DNA of 64,000 nt from Candidatus Bathyarchaeota archaeon (GCA_963826715.1 CAWGYA010000002.1:1-64000); one strand, 5' to 3'. Numbered from the stretch's first letter, positions 40,993 to 51,854 are shown. The notes: generated by a model from the letters alone, not told the origin. Program-made: numbers and translations.

Positions 40993-41014
40993 TGGGTACC
41001 AGACTGGGTACCAG
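40993..41014. promoter_or_regulatory. Tandem TGGGTACCAG operator between divergent genes
   Basis: tgggtaccag-ac-tgggtaccag followed by a ttattaatata TATA-like tract. Confidence 0.65.
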
Positions 41015-41056
41015 TTATTAATATACTCTTTTTGAGCCTTAAACTCCGTTGGAGGT

Positions 41057-41290
41057 TTGACGGTGAAAAATCAATTAAAACCTAACCAGATAGGCATAGA
41101 AGTAAATGATGTGGACTTAAACAAGATCTGTCGAGTAGGCAAAAAAGTGCAAGTGTTCCTATGCAGAAAAATCGATGACCCATTTGAAATCTACTTGCTC
41201 CTAAAAATCCTCTGCTATTCACTTGAGGAGAAAATGCATTTTCTTCTAGACCCTGAAGACGAACAAGCACTAAGAAAAATTTTTGCTTAA
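41057..41290 (+). CDS. Small hypothetical protein upstream of the integrase (possible Xis or antirepressor)
   Basis: GGAGGT RBS; first gene of the int operon. Confidence 0.6.
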   Translation: MTVKNQLKPNQIGIEVNDVDLNKICRVGKKVQVFLCRKIDDPFEIYLLLKILCYSLEEKMHFLLDPEDEQALRKIFA

Positions 41291-41314
41291 TAATCAACTA
41301 AACGAGGTTTAGAG

Positions 41315-42463
41315 TTGACTGCTCAAATAAATGTGAGTGGAGGTGAAAAGGCAAACAGAGAATGTCCTAATTGTCATAGTAAGAAAAACTGGAAAAGAGG
41401 AAAAAGAGAAAATCAATTTGGCTCAATTCAGCGGTTTATTTGTCGAGAATGCGGTTCAAGTTTTAGTGAAAAATCATATAAAGATTATCAGCTATCAAAC
41501 AATAGCCAATTATGCGCTAAATTAGAGGCGAAAAAATTGGATACTGCAACAGAATTAAAAACTGTTGCGGGAGATAACAACGAACAAGGGGAAATCATAG
41601 CTTTCCTATGGCACCTAAAAAAGCAAGGGTACAGCGAGTCTACAATCCATACAAGAGTAAAGATACTGAAATTCATGAGAAAACAAAGCGTGAACCTACA
41701 AGATCCTGAAGCGGTCAAGCTTTTCATTGCAAAACGCGAAGAATGGAGCAATGGACATAAACAAATTGCCGTAACCTCCTACGATGGCTTTGCAGAAATG
41801 CTAAAAATAAAATGGGAACCACCGTTCTATGAAAACAACAAAACACTTCCTTTCGTTCCAACAGAAAAAGAAGTCGATGCACTAGTTTCCGCATGCAGCA
41901 AAAAAATAGCTACCTCATTATTAGCAATGAAAGAAACAGGCTTTAGAATAGGCGAACTATGGAAATGCAAATGGACTGACTTAGACGAGGAAAATAGTAC
42001 ACTCAAATGCATAGCAGAAAAACACGGCAATCCAAGACAAATCAAAATATCAAGCAGATTAGTTTCGATGCTCTTAGCACTACCAAAGATAAACGATTAC
42101 ATCTTCGCTAACTCCAATCTAAACGGTCACAGATGGCGATTCGACAAACAGAAAAAAGCCCTATCGATAAAACTACAAAACCCAAGGCTCAAACAAATAA
42201 AATTCCATAGCATGAGACACTTCAAAGCATCAAAAGAATACGCCCAAACCAGAGACATACTACACGTCAAAGAGTTTCTCGGTCATAGGAACATCAACAG
42301 CACCTTAGTTTATACACACTTAGTTCCTTTCGATGACGACGCACAAGGCTATAATCACGCAACCGCAAAAGACGAGAAAGAAGCAGGAGAGCTAATTGAT
42401 AACGGTTTCCAATATGTTTGTTCTACTCCACAGGGAGTCATGATGTTTAGAAAACGCAAGTAA
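41315..42463 (+). CDS. Tyrosine recombinase/integrase with N-terminal zinc ribbon
   Basis: CPNC...CREC; TGFRIGE (R), KHG (K), HSMRH, LGHRNI, VYTH (Y). Confidence 0.95.
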   Translation: MTAQINVSGGEKANRECPNCHSKKNWKRGKRENQFGSIQRFICRECGSSFSEKSYKDYQLSNNSQLCAKLEAKKLDTATELKTVAGDNNEQGEIIAFLWHLKKQGYSESTIHTRVKILKFMRKQSVNLQDPEAVKLFIAKREEWSNGHKQIAVTSYDGFAEMLKIKWEPPFYENNKTLPFVPTEKEVDALVSACSKKIATSLLAMKETGFRIGELWKCKWTDLDEENSTLKCIAEKHGNPRQIKISSRLVSMLLALPKINDYIFANSNLNGHRWRFDKQKKALSIKLQNPRLKQIKFHSMRHFKASKEYAQTRDILHVKEFLGHRNINSTLVYTHLVPFDDDAQGYNHATAKDEKEAGELIDNGFQYVCSTPQGVMMFRKRK

Positions 42464-42491
42464 AGATACACCTAGGCGGGTTAGTAAAATA

Positions 42492-42800
42492 GGCTGGTGT
42501 ATTGGTTGTAACCCGCCTTTTGTTATTGTGGCATTTGGCTAATCGGGCTACCCGCGCCTTCCGGTAGATGCTTCATCGGCGTCTGTTTGCCCTTTCCACT
42601 TGCAGGACGGCCGTTTCACCGGTTCCCGTTCAGCGGACTCGGCATCACAAATGCGTCATTGCCATATCTGAAGGGACGTTTCGTTTCTGCTCTGTTGCCA
42701 AGCCTTTAGGCCTGCCCCATAGGAGCTGCAATTCTACATGTGGGCGGAGTTTCCTCAGACCCTTTGCAGGGTCCGACAGCCACGCACCAACCCACCAACC
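42492..42800 (-). ncRNA. rnpB: Archaeal RNase P RNA
   Basis: CR-I GAGGAAACUCCGCCC, GCAGAAAC, GGUGAAACGGC, AGCCAAAUG, CR-V ACAAAAGGCGGGUUAC; P1 GGUUGGUGGGUUGGU pairs with ACCAAUACACCAGCC; AAACTTTATC promoter upstream. Confidence 0.95.
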
Positions 42801-43040
42801 CATGGTGTAAAAGGCAGTCGCAAGAAGATAAAGTTTAGCTGCGGTAATTTTACAAATAGCACACAAAAACGAATTGTTCAAGCGTGAGCTGAAAATGAAA
42901 GGTAAGGTAAAATCTGAAATATCAGGAAAATTTGATGCCGTTTCGTTTATGAGATTTTGGTGTTGTGCAGATACAGTCACAAATTTTTAAAAGCAGTATA
43001 TCTCAAATGATACTGGCGACATGTAATTTATCTTTGGGAG

Positions 43041-43247
43041 GTGCATTTTATGCCTGAATCAGAGAATATAAATGAAAGATTGCAGAAAATCGGTGAAACC
43101 GCACAAGAATACAAAGATGCTATCATGAACCAATTCAAGGACATGGAAGTTGAAGTAAAAAACTGGAACTTTGCGGTTGGAAAAATGGAAAAGGATTACA
43201 CAGTTGAGATAAATCTTAAACTAAATATCCGCTCCAAAAAACCTTAA
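43041..43247 (+). CDS. Small hypothetical protein
   Basis: GGAGGTG RBS; likely ATG start at 43050. Confidence 0.65.
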   Translation: MHFMPESENINERLQKIGETAQEYKDAIMNQFKDMEVEVKNWNFAVGKMEKDYTVEINLKLNIRSKKP

Positions 43248-43285
43248 AAAATAATCTAATTCTTTTTCTGTTAAGTTTGGCTATT

Positions 43286-44512
43286 TTATATAGTTTGGTT
43301 CCAAAGGTAAAGTTGGTTGTAGTTACTTTCTATCGAGAAAGCCGAGTCGTCATAGATTATGTCTAAGCTTATGCCATAACGGTTTAGAAGTTTTTGTAAA
43401 TTATCCCATATGATGGTTGACTTGCTATCTGAACTCCAAAAACCCCAGATTTTGTCATTTGCACTACGCATGCCCCAACCGTAATCTTTGGGAAGAACCA
43501 ACGCAGCTTGTCCATGGGGTGAGCTTGGGGGTTGTTTAGTAGCAATTTGGGTCCAAAACGTTTGTAACGCCTGAAAATGTTCAGTTTTCATGATGCCATA
43601 GGGATTATTAGTATTATTGAAGGGGTAATCAAAGATCACGATATACTTTGCTCCTGCATTATAAGCAGTTTTCATTTGGTCATAGATGTTTTGTCCACTG
43701 TCGAGATATGGCGGGTGTGTGTACTTCCAAGTTATGATTGCGCCCCAATCGCGATTTTGCACAGTTGCCGCACCTCGAATTTGAGCTATTTGTAGGATTA
43801 TGCTTTGGTTCCAGCCGAACTGCGCAAAAAGGGTATCGTATTTTGCGAGGTAATCAAACCAGTAAAGGGCATAGTCGGAGGTGAAGGAGGTAATGTTATT
43901 TGCTATAAGGCTGTTGTGACCTCGATTGTTTCCAAGGAGCTTGTCAACAAACCACTTTGCTTCAACGCTGTAGTTGTCAGGTTTTATTCCGCTTATTTCC
44001 GCGATCTGCATCCTATAGTGAATCTTAGTTAGATCAAGGGGATTTGCACCTGTGAAAAGTGAGCTATTGGTAGTGAAGTAGGTTGGCCAATCCCAATCCA
44101 GAGGTATTCCACCCACTTCGTCATCATAATATGCACCCAAGAATTTTTCACCATAGATCTGTTTTGCAGCTTGGTAGAATTCAAGTTTCCAAGGCCATTC
44201 TTCAATGGTCCAAGTTCCTAGGTTTACAATAATGTTTAATCCTGAGTTTGTAGCATAATCGCAAATTTCCTTAACTGCTGACTCGTTATTACTAATGGGG
44301 TTTAAGCCGGAATCCAGAATGAATAAGTTCGTGTAGCTTTTGGTTCTATCGATTATGAGCTTTGCGCCTTCGATAGTTTCCCCGCCGTATGCTACACCGC
44401 AATAAATTGATGTTATTTGTTTGTCTTCGTCGTATGAAAAATTAAGAAAGATAAGGGATGAAGTTAAGATTATTGTGGTAAGGATGAGTGCGGAAACATA
44501 GTTTGATTTCAT
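43286..44512 (-). CDS. Membrane-anchored hypothetical protein (glycoside-hydrolase-like barrel possible)
   Basis: N-terminal TM; YYDDEVGG, FTSDYALYWFDY, PKDYGWG. Confidence 0.7.
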   Translation of the reverse strand: MKSNYVSALILTTIILTSSLIFLNFSYDEDKQITSIYCGVAYGGETIEGAKLIIDRTKSYTNLFILDSGLNPISNNESAVKEICDYATNSGLNIIVNLGTWTIEEWPWKLEFYQAAKQIYGEKFLGAYYDDEVGGIPLDWDWPTYFTTNSSLFTGANPLDLTKIHYRMQIAEISGIKPDNYSVEAKWFVDKLLGNNRGHNSLIANNITSFTSDYALYWFDYLAKYDTLFAQFGWNQSIILQIAQIRGAATVQNRDWGAIITWKYTHPPYLDSGQNIYDQMKTAYNAGAKYIVIFDYPFNNTNNPYGIMKTEHFQALQTFWTQIATKQPPSSPHGQAALVLPKDYGWGMRSANDKIWGFWSSDSKSTIIWDNLQKLLNRYGISLDIIYDDSAFSIESNYNQLYLWNQTI

Positions 44513-44651
44513 CCATTTGACTCCAAAGTTATCATACTAAGTTTTACTTTTACTTTTTCTATTAATATAGAAAATTTACTGAATATAAGCTATGTTGAAC
44601 CAAAACAGATAAAAACTCGCTCAGCTATCCATCACAGCGAACCATAACGGA

Positions 44652-44864
44652 ATGACAAATATGCCATCTGAAATTACTGATGTTGATAAATTTGTGGCGA
44701 TGAGCGCCAAAGCCAAGCAATGCCAAGTTAAACGTCTCAAAGACGGCGTAAAACTAAAGCTTCGCACACCAAGTCAGCTCTACACACTCAAAATCGAGAC
44801 ACTCAGAGCTGATGAAATCATAAAGAAGCTTCAATGCGAAATCAAAGAAGAAGAAAAAGACTAA
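44652..44864 (+). CDS. rpl38e: Ribosomal protein eL38
   Basis: MPSEITD...VKLKLRT..QLYTLK signature; probable start 44661. Confidence 0.85.
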   Translation: MTNMPSEITDVDKFVAMSAKAKQCQVKRLKDGVKLKLRTPSQLYTLKIETLRADEIIKKLQCEIKEEEKD

Positions 44865-45994
44865 GTCTTCTCTTAACATTCATTTTTGCATTTCAACGAT
44901 AAGCACCAAGCGTAGCTGATGTTGATCTGCTAATCACGCCTCCCAAATGGACAGGGTATCCAAATTTGGATTGTTTTGTTTTATAGTGTTAAATGCGGGC
45001 AAGAGCCCGCCCTATCTTGAGGTTGTCGGACGGTTTGCTTTTTCGTTTAGGGCTTGAGATTGCGTTGCAGGCTGGTTGGCGACTTCCTCAAGCAGAAGCA
45101 AAGAAATGGGTTTCTTTGAACCTGCACCTGCATATCCTGGCTCTTTCCCGTCAACACCTGTTTTCAGGTTAACATGATAAAAAGCAGCTGTATACAAAAG
45201 CATCACCAAAACACATTTTCTGAAATTCCCGAAAAACTTCTGAATAACCGAAAACAAGCGAACCTTATATAATCATACCTGCCGACTGCGACTCAACAGC
45301 ATCGACTCTGCCAGTAACCTTTCAGTTTGCGTAGAAGACAACAAAAAAGACATCAATCAGCTCTAAAATCGCCCCGAACAGCCCACTTGCCAACCTAGTT
45401 AAAATTCCAAAGAAGGCAAAACCCCCCTTAAACCCGAAAAAGTTGTTTACAGAGTTTAGACAAAGCTTTTTGAGTAGTTACAATCGCCTGTTTAAGCAGG
45501 TTTGCAGGTGAAAACTATTTTACCGCATTGTATTGGTTTTAGGCTTGGCTTAAATGAAGACCGACTCTTTAAAAATGGCAATCTTTTTGCGAAGTTTTCT
45601 TTAATAGGCACGTGGACACTACGAAAAAAATTCGAACTGTCACTTTTTACATTAAAAAGTTAAAATGGAAAGGTTGATTGATATGAAAAAACACAGAAGA
45701 AGGCATTTTTCCCATGAATAATGAAATTTTTGGCTACGATTAACGAAGAACCTGAAAGTTTGCGCAGCTCAGTGAGTAAGCTCAAAAACCTTGGAAACTG
45801 GAAAGTTTATTCCGAAGTTTTCCCATAACCGTTTGAGATGTGATGGCGTATGGCTCATGGTTCTGTTTGGCTTGGCGGGTGGGATTTAAAACTGTGTTTG
45901 GGGGATGCTTTCGTATACGGAGCTGCACCGGAGCGCCAGTTTCTGATGAATTCTGGAGGGTTTTGCTTGTTTTTTGTGGAGAATATAGCAACTT

Positions 45995-46750
45995 TTGGGT
46001 TGGGTAGCTGTGAGTGTTGAACGTAATATGTTAATTTCGCTGCTAAAACATACCCATAATCAGCCTGCTTTAATCGAAGATGTCAATAAGGAGGCACACC
46101 TGCCCACGGTTATTTGTATGGTTTTGCTTCAGAAAATGCAAAATGAAAACCTTGTTTATTTAAAAAATGGCTGCATCGAAGTGAACAGAGAGAGCCGCCT
46201 TAAACTGGCCATAAAAGCCATCACATTAGGTGCAGACATCCAAGCTGTTAGCAACCTGCTCCGCTGGCAAGAATTCGAGGAAATCGCTGCCATAGCACTC
46301 AAAGCCAACGGCTACACCGTAGCCAAAAACGTGCGCTTTAAACATGGGGGCAGACGCTGGGAAATCGACGTGGTCGGCTGCAAAAAGCCACTGGTTGTTT
46401 GCATTGATTGCAAGCGATGGCAACATGCAATTTCCCAGTCGGCGCTAAAGCGCATAGTGGAATCGCAGATGCAGCGAACCGAGGAGTTAGCTGACTCTCT
46501 GCCTAATCCTGCGTTAAACCTTGAGTGCATCCGCTGGGAAAAAGCCAAATTTGTCCCCGCCGTGCTTTCGCTGATGCAGAGTGCCTTCAAATACGTTTTT
46601 GACGTGCCTGTGGTGCCTATACTGTCGCTGCAGGACTTCATCTTCCAGTTGCCCGTTTACATCTGCGACGTAAGGTTTTATGGAAAAACCTTCATGAATT
46701 TAAGGCATGATAACGGTTTTTTCTTGCCTAAAAGCACGTTAGAGACTTAA
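45995..46750 (+). CDS. PD-(D/E)xK nuclease (Mrr/NERD-like) with N-terminal wHTH
   Basis: WQEFEE, EIDVVG, IDCKRW. Confidence 0.8.
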   Translation: MGWVAVSVERNMLISLLKHTHNQPALIEDVNKEAHLPTVICMVLLQKMQNENLVYLKNGCIEVNRESRLKLAIKAITLGADIQAVSNLLRWQEFEEIAAIALKANGYTVAKNVRFKHGGRRWEIDVVGCKKPLVVCIDCKRWQHAISQSALKRIVESQMQRTEELADSLPNPALNLECIRWEKAKFVPAVLSLMQSAFKYVFDVPVVPILSLQDFIFQLPVYICDVRFYGKTFMNLRHDNGFFLPKSTLET

Positions 46751-47455
46751 AGGAAACTTCGCAGGCAACGCCGATGCCAGCCAAACCGCTCGCTGCGATG
46801 GTTTGGGCGGCTATTAGGGGGTTTGTCATCAAAATCAGCACACAAGCAAGAAACCCTAACCCAGGTCCAAGCCAAAAATCCTAAAAGAACCACCCCTTTT
46901 GGATTGTACGGGTGTTAGCGATTATTCACGACTTCGCACCCCTCAATTCCTGGTATAACAAAATCTTGGCGTTACTCATCCACCGAAAATCATGTTTACG
47001 ATGATGAGGTACATGGCAACCAGCGCCAATGCGGGCAGAGCAGAAGATGATGGTTTGCAAGTTGAAGCCAAAACTCCTTGTTCTGCGACAAAATACTGGA
47101 TAAATTAAAAAAATCCAAGTTAGCATCAAGGGATTTTAAGGTGTTACTAATCTGCGAGATATCCTCGATCGGTTAACTAAAGCCGTTTAGCTTAGCCAGC
47201 AGGTTGGGGCTCTCGGTTCCCGCTGATGATGCTTAAACGTGTGTTTTTGCCTGAACCTGAGATTTCAGTGAGCACGACAAATGCCCTCTGGGTTGGTTAT
47301 GTTGATATTTTTAGGCAGTTAGTTTGCTGTTGCCTACAAGGAAGTTTTTCTTTAAGTCCATGGATTGGACTATAAGTGCTCTTGGCTGGTTTTCGTCGAT
47401 TTGCTTCTAAAGCATAGTTGAGGCTTTGCTAATAATAACTTTGAGGAACACTCAC

Positions 47456-47899
47456 TTATGGAGTATCGAGGTAGCAGGTGTCAATATTGAGGTTTCCCCG
47501 GTCCCGCTTAAGGATGCGCACTTTATCAGGTATCTTGTTTTTCTCCCAGTCCACCCAACTTATTTCTTTAAAAAGCCATCTTTTCCCTAGGTGCGCACCG
47601 ATGACGGCGTGTTTGTATTCATTTGTTGAGGGGATAAATTGGTCGAGAAAGCGAAAAAGTTTGTCGATTTGTTGTTGGGGAAAATAGGCGTAGTATGTTG
47701 CGTTTTTGACTTCAAAGGCGTAATTGTGTTTGCCTTTGCGTGCCATGAGATCAGGAAGAGGACTTAGGCTTGGGTTACTGACTGGGACACGGACAGCATA
47801 GTAACCTTTTTTCAGGAGCAGTTTGACTAAGACAGTTTCACTATAAAACCCACGTTTACGCCATCGGCGAAGTCTAATTCGATCGATTTCAGTTGCCAA
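47456..47899 (-). CDS. Hjc-like Holliday junction resolvase family nuclease
   Basis: KRGFYSE, VRVPVS, LPDL, FEVK. Confidence 0.75.
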   Translation of the reverse strand: MATEIDRIRLRRWRKRGFYSETVLVKLLLKKGYYAVRVPVSNPSLSPLPDLMARKGKHNYAFEVKNATYYAYFPQQQIDKLFRFLDQFIPSTNEYKHAVIGAHLGKRWLFKEISWVDWEKNKIPDKVRILKRDRGNLNIDTCYLDTP

Positions 47900-49377
47900 T
47901 TTTTTTCTCTCTACTCTTCTATACGGTTTTTTTGGGATAAAAATTGTTCCCCTGGAGACACAAGAATAGGTTCTGGGGATGCTTTTGTATTCTCAAACTT
48001 ACCTTCGGTGTTGCTGGAGCGGTCTGGTGCACATCAAATTTCAAAGTAATACAATAGCAACCTAAATCACTGAACAGGTATTATTCACCATCAACATTTC
48101 CCAAATATTGCCCATATAGCCCTCATTAATAGGAACAAAAGTACTATTCAAAACCCTGACTGCAAACGTATAAAATACAAAAAAAGAAAGCAAACACCCA
48201 ATCTCTCTATGGATACAGAAGCATCAACCTAACCCACATAAAAAACGGAAAATCGCTAAAAATCGCTGTTCTCAAAACCTCAAACGAGTGAAGGTCCCCT
48301 TAACAGACGGTTAAACCCTGAACCAAGAAAACTATCAAAAATTAGCAAAGTTTGATTTTCTACGCAAAAAGACAAAAAATAGCTCTTTAGGCTCGAAGTT
48401 TATTCGAAAAAACCTGTTTTTGTTTCCGATGGAGATTTTCGAAGGTACTTATATGAGGCCCCGATATTCACCATGCCAAGCAACTACTCAATACCCTTAA
48501 GAGGGCATTATGAGGTGGAATTGACGTTTAAGGCATTATTTATACGTTTAATTTTGGTATTTGACATTATAACGAGAGACACTTTTTAGAGTTCAAAGTT
48601 TCGTAAATAAACAACGACAAATCTCACGTTTTATCTTAAAATCAGGTCATTTTAGCTTGATTTTAGGAAAAAAAGTGATCCGGTTAAGCGTAGTTACTAC
48701 TACTAGAAAAAGAAGAAAAAAATTTGACAATTTATAACAAACTTTCAAAAATAAGCAACTACACATTTGAGTTAAAAATTAAGTAGGAAAAGTAAGATAT
48801 CAGACTTACTTAAGCATCAATAGTCAGATCTCTGTTGCGACTCTTTTTTTTAAACTCACAAAGCCAATAAACCTTTAAGATACATTTTGAGTCCATTGAA
48901 TATCCGATTTTTATAGGTGATACCTACTCGAGCGCGTTAACCATTGGTGACCCACCAGGCATCCTAAAAGAAGAGTAAACTTCAAGCAATAAAAGAAAAA
49001 TGGACCGCGACTGTTTAGAACTCGTATAGTAACTTGATCTAAGAGACATTATGCTATGTTGTTATATTGGAGTATCCGAAAGAGTGCGAATTAATAGTTA
49101 CTCTTCGGTATGCTTTCAACATTTTGTATTTGTAATTCAAATTATTTCTTAGTAAATTGCTATCAAATTCCTATGGGATTAAGTTGCAATTAACCCTAAG
49201 CTACGGGGCAACTTAGAAAAGTTGCATGTTTTTTTTGCCAAATTGCTTTATTTTTTTATGCCCAAAGACGGAGATTATTTTTCTGGATTCTAAAGCTCGG
49301 TATACGAAAGCATCTCCCAAACACAGTTTTTCGAAAGGTTTTTCTTAAAATAGCTTAATATTTTATAGAAGATAAAA

Positions 49378-49791
49378 ATGTCAGGCTTTAGAATTGTTAA
49401 CAAAACTTTAAAATTCACTACCCACAACGCTGTAGACTTCAAAGATCTCTCGAATGAAACCCAAGAAATCGTTAGTAACTCTCAGATTAAAAACGGAATA
49501 GTCCACGTTTACGCCCCACATGCCACAGGAATTCTAATTCTAACGGAGAACGATGATGCTCTATTCGAAGACATCAAAAAATTCCTCGAAGAAGTAGCAC
49601 CTAAATATGGCAACTACAATCACCCGTCAAATGCACATTCGCATCTGCGTTCGATATTGCTGCCACCTGACAAAACACTGCCTGTAATAAATTGGCGTGT
49701 TGCGTTTGGAACATGGCAGTCATTAATTTTTGTTGAAACCGACGTATACCCGAGAGAGCGGACCGTAATTTTTCAAGTTATGGGCGAATAA
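49378..49791 (+). CDS. YjbQ/UPF0047 family protein
   Basis: PHATG, NAHSHLRS, GTWQS. Confidence 0.9.
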   Translation: MSGFRIVNKTLKFTTHNAVDFKDLSNETQEIVSNSQIKNGIVHVYAPHATGILILTENDDALFEDIKKFLEEVAPKYGNYNHPSNAHSHLRSILLPPDKTLPVINWRVAFGTWQSLIFVETDVYPRERTVIFQVMGE

Positions 49792-50124
49792 ACTAATCAT
49801 TTTTTTTAATATTGTATTCGATATTTACTTTGATTGGGTTATTTCAGTTTGACGATAAAAGAAATGTTGGCATTTTAACTATTTATTGTAAAAAATGTAT
49901 ATTCGATTTATTTTCGTTAATTATTATAGCTTAATTTCCTTAGTAAAGAGAAAGACAGGCTAAAAAAGCCATAAAGTAACCCTTAACAAGGAAAAATATC
50001 TAATAACTTTCTGCAGGTTCAGATAAAAAAATGTGAAACGGCTTAAATTATCATGCTATTTATAGATCATTTCAACATTCAAGCCGTTACTATATAATAT
50101 TCGAAGATCTTCGAGAGAAATCAG

Positions 50125-50856
50125 TTACTTCTCCGACGGTAATCGTTTGTTAGCACCCTTAGGGCGCATTCTTGCCTGTTTTTTCTCTGCAGCTATGACT
50201 GTTGCCTCATCTGCTAACTGATCAAACTCTACCTCCTCCAATGGTAGTGTGTCAATTGACGCAGGAAAATCTAACTCAGTTGCCTGTCCTGCACCACTGT
50301 TTTGCATACTCTCAATAGCTTGGTCAACATCTCCTGATTTCAAGTTGATCCCCAAGGTTGCATCCATCAAAACAATTACTTCGAAGCCCAATTTGCTAGC
50401 ATCTAAAACAGTATTTACAATGCAGTAATCCGTTGCAAACCCAGCTACAAACAGTCTCTTAATTCCCAATTGCTGAAGTTGAAGAGCAAGATTGGTTCCG
50501 TCAAAGGCTGAGTAGGCTTCTTTATCCGACTCAGTAGCTTTGGAAATTATGATCGTGTTCTCTGGAAGTTTTAGATCCGGACTAAATTGTGCACCTGTTG
50601 TGTTTTCCACGCAGTGAGGCGGCCATGGTCCTCCCTGGGCTTTAAAGGATATATGATTTGAGGGATGCCAATCACGGGAGGCTATAATGTGGGCTTTACG
50701 TGATTCAAATATTTTAATATAGTCACGTATAATGGGAAGAATTCGGTCTCCATTTTCTACTGGCAGAGCACCACCAGGAAGAAAATCAATTTGTATATCG
50801 GTGATTAGCAAAGCATCAGAAACAGTTGGGTTGTAGAGTTTGTTCACATACCACAC
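50125..50856 (-). CDS. pncA: Nicotinamidase/pyrazinamidase
   Basis: DIQIDFLPGGAL, SRDWHP, WPPHCV, YSAF, ATDYC. Confidence 0.9.
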   Translation of the reverse strand: MWYVNKLYNPTVSDALLITDIQIDFLPGGALPVENGDRILPIIRDYIKIFESRKAHIIASRDWHPSNHISFKAQGGPWPPHCVENTTGAQFSPDLKLPENTIIISKATESDKEAYSAFDGTNLALQLQQLGIKRLFVAGFATDYCIVNTVLDASKLGFEVIVLMDATLGINLKSGDVDQAIESMQNSGAGQATELDFPASIDTLPLEEVEFDQLADEATVIAAEKKQARMRPKGANKRLPSEK

Positions 50857-51854
50857 CTTAATAAAATCAAATGCATGTTAAAAACCGTATTAGAATAAGC
50901 TTAAACTAATGAATAAACCTTCTCTCCTACAAACTGGCACTAAAAATTATTTAACTCTTAGAAGTACTACAGGCTCCAGGAATTTTTTTGTTTTCCTCAA
51001 AGCAGATATTTTAAAAAATAACTTAGCATAGAAATTAATGAGCTAAATAAAATTAAAAATAAGAGAATGTCGCCAATCTCTGAGGTGGATTTCCCAGGTA
51101 GGTACAATTTATTCACAGCAAACATCCGCATACCTTGATTATTCCTTGAGATGCTAAAAAAATGACTGCCTAAACATCACAGTTACCCGTCCCAGCTTTA
51201 ATTCTTCCAAAGTTATTTTCAGTTAATAAAAAATTCATTTCTTCGCTACATTTAGAGAAACTATTATGTTTTATTGGTGAAATTGCACTCAAACATATAA
51301 TTTTACCCGATCTTAATAATCAATTTTTATCTTTTAAATGTAAAAAGTGTACATTCGAAAATTTTTCGTTTAGTAAAATTATGGTTAAACCCTTGGACCA
51401 AAAACTTGACCCATAAAAAATCTCAAAAATCCCTGAACCTATAAAAACAAAACAGAACATCTCCAAATAGATCGGACTCACAAAGTTCCAAAATTTGGAA
51501 AAATCGAATAAAAAACCAAAAACAAGATACAATTAAACCATAAAATAACAACACGAAAACTTAAAAGCGAAATTTTAAGCTTTTCAGGACCCAAAAACTT
51601 TTTGAGCGTGACACTTTTGATATCTCTGAAGTTATAAATTTTGCCTAAAATTAATAATTTTGTTTCTGTAATTTCTAAAGGTTTTGCCCATTTTTTTGCA
51701 TGGCTATGAATATATAAGGTTCGCTCTATTTCGAAAAAAAAACAGTTTAAGTCTAAATCTCGAGTGGGAAAAAAGTGTGTTGGGCGATGCTTTTGTATAC
51801 AGCTCACGATAGCCTTATCTTCAAAGCCAAACAATAGGTAGAAAGGCGTCAAAC

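Larger units (their letters stand above)
37183..42511. mobile_element. Integrative rolling-circle element inserted in the RNase P RNA 3' end
   Basis: 20-bp direct repeats GGCTGGTGT(G/A)TTGGTTGTAA at both ends; HUH Rep and tyrosine integrase lie next to the ends. Confidence 0.88.

Noticed and set aside
42568-42980. ORFs 42568-42810 (+) and 42645-42980 (-)
   Set aside because: They overlap the RNase P RNA gene and are spurious.
46995-47260. Possible C/D-box sRNAs (TGATGA...CTGA)
   Set aside because: Box spacing and C'/D' boxes are unconvincing, and no target could be checked.
51320-51852. Two overlapping minus-strand ORFs upstream of nnr
   Set aside because: Possibly a decayed membrane gene, but there is no recognisable motif and no credible start.
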